From Octopus sinensis (taxonomy: Eukaryota): DNA of 64,000 bases. The translations under genes were made by a program, and so were the position numbers. The stretch covers positions 29,388,001-29,452,000 of the forward strand of contig NC_043006.1 in the NCBI RefSeq assembly GCF_006345805.1, given 5' to 3'. This document shows positions 1-64,000 of this stretch, in pieces (position 1 is the stretch's first letter; each line of letters starts with the position of its first letter). Below the pieces are notes generated by a model. The model was not told where the DNA came from. It made no database searches and was given only the letters and a program-made list of their open reading frames with translations.

Positions 1-31
1 TACGGGGGATGCGGGGCTGTGGTTTGCACAG

Positions 32-711
32 GTGGAATCACACTTTGCCGCGCATACCATTCCGCCACAACAGCAGTTACATCTACTGTTTTCAAGTTTG
101 CCCTCCCGGCTCGCAACATCGGTCAGGGATCTCATTGTGAGTCCCCATCCTGACGCCACATATGCGTCAGTAAAGGCGGAGATCCTCCGTCGCAACACGC
201 GCTCAGAGGAAAGTCAGTTTAATGAACTGATGGCCGACGAGCAGTTAGGGGACAGAACTCCAACCCAATTTCTGCGCCATCCAAGAGAGCTAAGCGGCAA
301 CGCCGCTGACGCGCCGCTCTTACGTAAGATATTTTTCAAGGCTGCCTGCCCACGTGCAGACAATGTTGGCCACGGCACTGGACTGTGTCTGTGGACCAGA
401 TCGCCACGATGGCCGACAAAGTGTTGGAGTTTTCGCGCCCATCTCCCTCGCGGGGCCTGTACGCATGCACAGAGCCCCCCCCGACACCTCCGACGAACGA
501 TAAACTGGCCGAGAACATCGACGCGCTTACGCGGAGGATCGATGATCTGTGCCGTGCGATCGGACGCCAATCTCGTAGTCGCAGTAGCTCTATTTCCCGC
601 AGTCGGAGTGACTCTGTTTCTCGTTCCGGCTGGTGCTGGTACCATTCGAGATATGCCGAAAAGGCAGATCGGTGTACCCAGCCGTGCACTTTCAAGCCCT
701 CGGAAAACTAA
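32..711 (+). pseudogene. gag (frameshifted) with CHCC zinc knuckle
   Basis: LGDRTPTQFLR motif in the 32.. frame; C-terminal WCWYHSRYAEKADRCTQPC in the 385..711 frame. About two frameshifts near 345-385 are needed to join them. Confidence 0.85.
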
Positions 712-3700
712 ATCCGGAGGAGGTGAGCACGTCACCTTCTTCCATCTCGTTTCCCAAACATCGTGCATTCTATGTAAAAGATCTGGTGTCGAGAAGAAAT
801 TCTTCATGGTAGACACCGGTTCCTGTTGCAGCATCTGGCCCCTTCGTCTGGCTGCAGACAAGCCCAAGCGCTCTTCGATTGTCTTGCATGCTATTGACTC
901 GTCTCCCATAACCACTTACGGTCAGATTTCGCTGCGCCTCAACCTCAACCTTCGTCGAGACTTTCGATGGGTTTTCGTCATCGCTGACATCCCGCATCCT
1001 ATTCTCGGCGCTGATTTCCTGGATAGGTGTAACCTATTGGTGGATGTCAGGCGTCGGAGGCTTCTTGATAGCACGACGTCGCTCTCTACACCGACTGGGA
1101 GTTCCACCACTGCGGTCCTTAGCCCGACATTCTTTGTTGCCACCTCTGGAGACCCTTTTCACTCTCTTTTGGTTTCATTTCCGGAGCTAGTGGACATTGC
1201 CTTTAAACCGGAAAATCCTACCCACTCGACCCTCCATTTCATCACCACCAATGGGCCACCTGTATTCTCACGCCCCCGGCGCCTAGCGCCAGACCGACTT
1301 AAAACGGCCAGAGCCGAGTTTGAGCACATGCTTCAACTTGGCCTTATACGCCCCTCCACCAGCCCATGGGCATCTCCCCTTCATTTGGCGCGAAAGGGCG
1401 AGTCTGATTTTCGCTCGGTTGGAGACTATCGACGCCTCAATGCCGTCACAATAGCCGATCGCTATCCGATTAGAAATCTCCGGGACTTTACAGCAAATCT
1501 CCATGGTTGTACCATTTTTTCGAAGGTCGATCTGATACGCGCTTACCACCAAATACCGGTCAACCCAGCCGACGTTCCAAAAACTGCAATCACTACCCCG
1601 TTTGGGTGTTTTGAGTTTTTGTACATGAGTTTCGGTTTGCGGAATGCTACTAGCACCTTCCAGCGCTTCATTGATGAGGTTGTCCGCGGTCTTGATTTTG
1701 TGTTTGCCTATGTCGATGACATACTCATTGCGAGCGACACACGAGAAAATCATCTCCGGCACCTTTCTCAACTCTTCCAGCGTCTTCGCGCGTATAGCAT
1801 ACGCATAAACCCCGACAAGTGTGTTTTCGGACGCTCTTCCCTAGATTTTCTAGGGCATCATATTGATTCGACTGGAATCAGCCCCCTCTCGTCAAAAGTC
1901 GATGCCATTCAACGCATCGCACCCCCCACTTCCTTGCGCCAGCTCAGGCATTATCTAGGGATGGTCAATTTCTACCGACGCTTCATTCCCGGTTGTGCAG
2001 ATAAGCTGCTACCTCTCACCAGGCTGTTAAAGGACTCTCCTAGAAAGGACAGTCAAGTCACCCTCTCTGTTGTTGAGGCAGTGACAGCCTTTGAGTCCAT
2101 TAAGAAGGAGCTGGCTTCTGTTTTTTGCTTGCACATCCAGTTCCTGGTGCTTCTCTCTCTTTGACTGTGGACGTATCGGACACTGCGATTGGCGCTGTGT
2201 TACAACACACAGTGGATGACCATGTTCGACCTCTAGCCTTCTTTTCCCGTCAACTGCAACCAGCTGAACGACGATACAGCACCTTTGATCGTGAGCTCCT
2301 AGCGATCTATCTATCGGTTCGTCATTTCCAGCATCAACTTGAAGGGCGAGATTTTGTGATCTATACGGATCACAAGCCCCTTACGTTTGCCCTGTTTTCA
2401 AAAACGGACAAACTCTCACCCCGTGCTTTTCGGCACCTGGATTTTATCTCTCAATTTACTAGCAACATTCGACACATACCTGGAAAAGAGAACGTTCCTG
2501 CTGACGCTCTCTCTCGCCTTCCAGTTTGCGCCCTTTCGTCTCCTGCTGCTATCGACTTAGCTGCCATATCGCAGGAGCAGCCACTTTGGCGTCGTTAGAT
2601 TTAACTTCTCCCAAGTTCTCCTGTTGCCAGTTTTCCTACCTTCCGCTTCCGTCAGCCGAAGGCACCATTCTTTGTGACACTTCAACTGGATCTCCCAGGC
2701 CACTGGTGCCTGAGACCCATCAACGCTCAGTGTTTGAAGCACTGCACTCCTTATCACATCCTGGCATCGCTGCCACCCTCAAACTAATCACTGCTCGGTT
2801 TTTCTGGCCGAATATGCGTCGCACAATTACTTGTTGGACACGCACCTGCTCCAAGTGTCAACGATCCAAGATTCAACGGCACGTTCGTGCCCCGCTTGGA
2901 CAATTTCCCCCCACGGAGGCCCGTTTTCGCCATGTCCACATCGATCTGGTTGGACCATGGCCTGTGAGTCGCGGGTTCTCTTATCTATTAACTTGTGTCG
3001 ATCGTTTCTCCCGCTGGCCAGAAGCCATTCCGATAGCAGACATTTCTGCTGAGACTGTTGCGCGAGCTTTCGTTTCAAACTGGATTTCTCGCTTCGGAGT
3101 CCCGTCCCGATTGACAACTGATCGTGGACGACAGTTTGAGGCCTCGCTATTTCGCGAATTGTCGCGAATTTTGGGTATGCACCATATCCACACCACAAGC
3201 TACCATCCAGCGTCTAATGGATTGGTTGAGCGGTTCCATAGACAGCTCAAGGCCGCTCTTCGTGCCTCTTCGGACCCACAGTCCTGGATCGAATTTCTGC
3301 CCATTGTGCTTCTCGGCTGTCGGACTGCTGTCAAGGCAGACCTGGGGTTTTCTGCTGCAGAGCTGCTGTATGTACCACACTGGCATTGCCCGGTACGATG
3401 TTGGTGCCAGACACTTCCCCGCCCATGATCCGGCGACCTATGTCACCAGACTGCGGGAATATTTTTCAAACCTTCCGCCCATGCTTCCCAGAAAGCAATC
3501 TCCACCGTCCCATCTTCCACCGGATATGAACACCTGGTCGCATGTTTTTGTTCGGGACGATTCTGTGAAGGGCCCACTTGTTTCTCCCTATAAAGGACCT
3601 TTTCGTGTGCTTTCTCGCACACCAAAGGTTTTCACGATTGAGATAAATGGTCGTTCGGAGACCGTTTCCGTGGACCGTTAAAAAAGGCACATTTTGAGAC

Positions 3701-3870
3701 GTCTTCATCTTTTGATGACACCTTGACACACCCACCTATGCACCTTTAACAATGCCTTCACCTGCACAAACGCCTTCACCTGCACAAACACCTTCACCGG
3801 CTCCTACAACACCACCCTCGCCGTCAACGGGTGCCCCGAGCACACCGTATGTTACAAAATCGGGCAGAAC
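700..3870 (+). pseudogene. pol polyprotein (protease, RT, RNase H, integrase), split by several frameshifts
   Basis: FMVDTGS; WASPLH, GDYRRLN, FSKVDLIRAYHQIP, AYVDDILIAS; LTVDVSDTAIGAVLQ, YSTFDRELLAIY; [36 protein letters not shown]; YKGPFRV; C-terminal PSPAQT repeats and YVTKSGR. Confidence 0.93.
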
Positions 3871-4031
3871 AGAACAGTGCATTGGCCCAAGAAACTTTCA
3901 AAAACAATTTACATTTAACTTTAAAATGTTTCTTATTGTATAATAGTATGTACCAAGTCTTCTGGGGGATCGGCAAGCCTTCTGTTTTCTGCAGCACCAC
4001 CACAATATTCTGGTTGCCGTACTTCGCACTC

Positions 4032-4043
4032 GGAGGGGAGCCC
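4032..4043 (+). promoter_or_regulatory. Polypurine tract (plus-strand priming site)
   Basis: GGAGGGGAGCCC immediately precedes TGTAGTG at 4044. Confidence 0.8.
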
Positions 4044-4429
4044 TGTAGTGATGCTACTGTGTAGGGTTCGGCGCGCATGCGCAGAATGGGACTACTTCCG
4101 GGTGGCCACCGGAAGCCTTCCCCATGCACATGTGCGGGAAAACATCTCTCGAGCCCGCGAACCTCAAATCTCTCTCTTCGGCTCAAGACAGCACTGCGAT
4201 CGGTCACGGTTTTCCTGGCTCTGACAGCCACACACCAGCTTCAACCAACTTCAACCAACCTCAACGACCAACACCAGCAGTATCTCAGAGGCTGTCTATT
4301 CCCCCATCAGACAACGTACAACCATGAATCAATAAACCAAGTTGTCTGTTCACCTTTAACCTGAGTTTCGTCTGTTTGTTTTCTGCAAGAATTTTGTATG
4401 TGACTAGAAAGGATCTCGACACCCTGCCA
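4044..4429 (+). repeat. 3' LTR of the Gypsy element (right end approximate)
   Basis: Starts TGTAG after the PPT; AATAAA near 4330; composition switches to AT-rich host DNA near 4430. Confidence 0.7.
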
Positions 4430-4948
4430 GTGCTTCGATGATAGATCCTTTCACGTTACAGATATATCAAAGTACATTAATTATTAACAAATGTAATGTT
4501 TAGGAGAAGGACCATCTGTTCATCAGTATCCAAAATTTGGGCTAGCCAAGGAGAATCGTGTTTCTTAAACATAACATTCAGGTATTGAAAATAATGGCAT
4601 TGACTGTCTTCCATTTCATCTTAGCATTCCATTTACAAAAGAATTTTCTATGAATTCAATAAACAGCAATGCATTTTCAGGTGCACTTTGTTTCAAACAT
4701 TGCAGTACAAAAAGGATTATTAGGAAACAGAAATTTATGCAGTTGGTGTCGTAAACTCATTAGACAATAAATCTTTGTACAAAAACGATTATTAGAGTAT
4801 AGTTATTCACACACACACACACACTCAGACACACACATGCTAACATAAATTCATACTTGGAAATTATTGATTCAACCTGAAATGAAGAGACCGAATGGCA
4901 GACAACAAAGAAAGAGAAAAGCTGAAGTAAAGAATTGTCATACTTTAC

Positions 4949-60342
<55,394 letters not shown>

Positions 60343-62190
60343 CTGATAGGAAAAAATATAAATACATTGAAGAAGTGTTTTAAAATGATAGCATTCTATT
60401 AGTTTCTACTGTGAGAGTTGTATAATTTACTGAGTACAAGTGTAAATTATAATTTACAGTGTAATGTGATTAGAAATTAAAAAACAATAATGTCCTCATT
60501 ATATCATTTAATATCATATTCAGACTGAGCATAGTATACAGTTATAAATACTTTAACTTTTTGACTGGTCAGTAGGAAATAAAAACAAGAAGGATATCTA
60601 ATTATATAGTAGAAAGTAGACAACAAATGCAGAAAGATTAATAAATTTTTGGTAGATAATTCCAGCAACATTTGTAACAGCAATGCAGACACACACCTTT
60701 ACACCAATTAAAGAAAACTGAAAAAGAAGGGGTTAGTTTTCCTTTACTAACACCACTAGAACCAAATGAGTGCTGATTATGAACTACCTGGTCAAGAAGG
60801 AAAATCTGTCTGGCAGTGTAATGCTACAAGGAAGGGTACGTCTTTTATCAGAGCTCTTCAGCAATAATAAGAGAGGAAGAAGACTGTCTACTTCTGTCAA
60901 GAGCAGAAGTTCTCTCATACTCCCAAGAGAACAACTTGAAGCAGCCCTGATAAGTGTGTGGAGCAATAATCTCCTCTGTTTGTTGAGGTAGGGCTTGTAG
61001 ATAAAAAACCCTCAACCCATAATTTGTGAGGCAATATATCGATCATATGAGCTGACACTGCTGTTGGCAATAATATTGCCCTTAACTTGTCACCTTTGTG
61101 GTAGAGTAGAGACAGGTGATTACTGCTGAAAGAATCAGGAATGACATAAATGGGTGAGATTCTTAATGAATATGCAACTTTTTATTATCACCTCAAGACC
61201 AGAGACCCATCAGAACTGTACTTAATTGAGCTGGTAGTGCAAGGTCACGAGAGATGGGTTCCAATTACGTGGACCATGTGGAAGATAGGCTGCTTATAAA
61301 AAACACTTTAAGTAGGTGATATTTGATGCGCTCTCCACTCTTCCATATTTTTATTGGTATTCAATTTGTGTTCTATGCAAAACTGTCCATAAATCTGAAC
61401 AGCAATGGAGAAATTTTGTGCTTGCCCCCAACAATCCAACTGCTCTTGGGTATTTTCAAGGTAGATAATATTCATTACTTGGATAAAAGTGCAGAGTACA
61501 GATGAAGATCGGAGATGCTAGGATCCCTTATCCCACTAAGGGGTTGAGTGTATTCCATAAATTATATCTGTGTTTATATATTCCGTTTTTTTTTTTTTTT
61601 ATATTCTTTAGGAGCAAAAGTGACAAAGTGACTCAAGGGTTGAGAGTCTTGTGCATGGCACTTATCAAACATCTGGTCCTTGAATCATTGTGTAACTCCT
61701 GCTAGTTAAATAAATACTGTACACATACACACATATAGCCATCAACATCATCATCATTTAACATCTGTTTTCCATGTTGGCATAGGTTAAGTTGTTTGAC
61801 CAGAGCTAGCAAGTTGGAGAGTTTGGCTTTGATTTCTTTGGTTGGATGCCCTTTCTAATGCCAACCACTTGACAGGGTGTACTGAGTGCTTTATCTTACG
61901 TGGCACCAGCACAGGTACTTCTTTACACACGCTGGCATGAATACATATAGACAAATATATATTTACTAATCATGTTTGTACTACCAAACCTATTCACTCA
62001 ATGATTTTGTTGTAATGGAGAAACTTTTAGCAAATCTCAATATACTGGACAACATTTTTAACTCTTCATGTAATTTTGTTTGGTTCATATTGACACATAT
62101 TTTGTAACATATATGTGAACTTTCTATATGAATAGATGTGCCCCGGTAGGAAATAAAATGAAAGTGCAATTATTATTATTATTATTATTG

Positions 62191-63882
62191 CCTTTGCACA
62201 GCTTCTAACGCTGGAGATGTACTACAGTGTCAACTATTCACTACCAGTGAACTAAGGTAACACCTCTTATTTTCGAGCACCTTCTGGAGTATTCGAGCAG
62301 TTCCAAGTAGTGCTGTTTTCTGCAAGTGCTCCACCCTTATATGCAGCCCCTATTTGTTCCATGTACTTCTCAAGGTTTTTACTCACTGTTCCCAGGGCTC
62401 CGACAATTATTGGTACCACTATCATCTTCTTCATCGACCACAACTGCTTTACCTCCCAAGCTAATCCATCATATCTCTCGACTTTTCTTTCTTCCTTATC
62501 GCACACCTTGTTGTAAGCTGGGCATGCTATATCTATGATCCTGCATAGTTTGCTTTCTTTCTCAATTAACACTATGAATGGTTTCCTATTCTCTATCTCT
62601 TGGTTGCATTGTATCATAAAATCCCATAGGATTTTTGCATTATCATTTTCAATGATGCCTTCAAGTTTATGTTCATACAACTTTTTTGCTCTGTGAAGTC
62701 CATACTTGTTGCAGAATGTCCAATGGACAACCCTTGCTATATTGTCATGATGTCTCTTATATTCTTTCTGGGCTAGTGGCGTACATTATCTGGTAATATG
62801 CCATACAGTTTCACCATTTTGTCCACAAATTTTGCACTTATCACTTTCTGATGTGTTGTCTATCCTGTATTTGATGTAATTCATTCTTAGTGCTTGCTCT
62901 TGGGCACCACAGATTAGGGCCACCGTTCCCGGTTTTAAATCACTTTTAGTTATCCATAGCCATCTTTTATCTCTGTCTGTTTTATCTTCAACATCCCTAT
63001 GAAATTGTCCATGCATCTTCTTCTTTATCCACTTATTTTCAGTTTCATTCATTCTCAAGTGCTTGTACTGTGCTTTATCTTTGCAATCTTCCATGCTACA
63101 CAAGCCTGACCTTCTTACTGCCAATAATAGTGGTTCTGTGGTATTTTTTACATACCATACTATGTTGTTTTCTTCTGCACTAATGCTGTGTTCACATCAG
63201 TCCTCTTCTCTCTCTTTTTCTTGGTACATATAGTCTGTCTGTGTCACTTTTTGGGTGAAATATCCCATATCTTGTCAACAACTTCCTTGTCTTTCTGTCT
63301 AAGCTGTTTAGTTTGTCTATTGTCTATGTGATTACTCCCGCTCTGTATCTAAGGAGTGAAGCCACCCAGGTGTTGATAGCTTCAATCTTATTCCGTCTGT
63401 TTAATTCTGACTTAAGTCTGTGCAAGTACTCCACCTTAAATTTTTCTGCCATTTCTTTCTCTCTCAATTTATCTATTTCCAATATCCCCAAGTACTTATA
63501 GCTCATCTCTTTTATTTGCTTCATAACCTCCCCCAACAGTATTGCTAGCCTGTCCATACATTTGATTTTTCCTCTCTTCAACACACCACATTTTTTCAGT
63601 TTGAACTCCATTCTGATATCAGCACTGAGAGTATACACCGTATCAACGAGGGTAATGACTTGGGATCCATCTTTACCATAAAGTTTGAGATCATCCATGA
63701 ATAACAAGTGGTTGACATTTTGTTGGCAGCTCTTGAATACATACCCAGCCTTTGCTTTCCTCAGAATCAGTGTTAGTTGTATCATACAAGGTACAAAAGA
63801 TCAGTGGGAACAGGCAGTCCCCTTGGAAGATGCCTCTCCTGACTTCTACTGTCCCTAAACTTCTTCCATATGCTGTCAGTTC

Positions 63883-63884
<2 letters not shown>
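62191..63884 (-). mobile_element. R4/Dong-like (RLE-type) non-LTR retrotransposon, 5'-truncated, embedded in (AAT)n
   Basis: RGIFQGDCLFPLIF, HLLFMDDLKLY, YKYLG, KMHGQF, AQEQAL, CKICGQNGETVWHI, KILWDFMIQ, IDIACP, VPIIVGALG; (AAT)n at both ends. Confidence 0.9.
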
Positions 63885-63933
<49 letters not shown>

Positions 63934-64000
63934 CATCATTATTATTATTATGTCGCATATCTTTCAATGATAGGATTGTAATTATGTGATGTTTATTGCA

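Larger units (their letters stand above)
1..4429 (+). mobile_element. Ty3/Gypsy LTR retrotransposon, CsRn1/Kabuki-like; 5' LTR outside window; antisense within PKD1L1-like intron
   Basis: Domain order gag(CHCC)-PR(DTG)-RT(YVDD)-RH-IN(HHCC, DDE, GPF), then PPT and a TG-starting LTR. GC content is visibly higher than the flanks. Right end approximate. Confidence 0.95.

Noticed and set aside
32-2164. 710-aa ORF as a single genuine protein
   Set aside because: The segment from about aa 105-255 is off-frame; the true gag C-terminus is in the 385..711 frame and the pre-protease region is in the -1 frame.

Overview
This is AT-rich, microsatellite-rich eukaryotic DNA. The SINE, LINE and mariner families look like those I recall from Octopus genomes, so the organism is an inference. 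Almost the whole window is one minus-strand multi-exon gene that the ORF track barely shows. I assembled 23 GT-AG exons by hand between 60342 and 4949. All splice phases are compatible and they join into an uninterrupted 3357-nt (1119-codon) frame. It encodes the GAIN/GPS - TM1 - PLAT - TM2-5 - TM6 - TOP portion of a polycystin-1 family protein whose motifs best match PKD1L1. The 3' end lies beyond the left edge, and the 5' end lies upstream of 60342 (not located). The left 4.4 kb is a CsRn1-type Ty3/Gypsy LTR retrotransposon (CHCC gag, PR-RT-RH-IN, PPT, 3' LTR), antisense in an intron. The other introns are packed with RTE, CR1, Tx1/L1 and R4/Dong-like LINE fragments, Penelope remnants, several tRNA-derived SINE families, mariner, piggyBac and Helentron-type non-autonomous elements, a 110-bp minisatellite with higher-order structure, and a decayed duplicate of one exon. 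I found no CRISPR array, rRNA or genuine tRNA gene, and no evidence of a wholly novel system. The most interesting items are the invertebrate PKD1L1-like gene with an intact GPS cleavage motif and several structural oddities in its introns. Exon coordinates were read base by base; most transposon boundaries are approximate.
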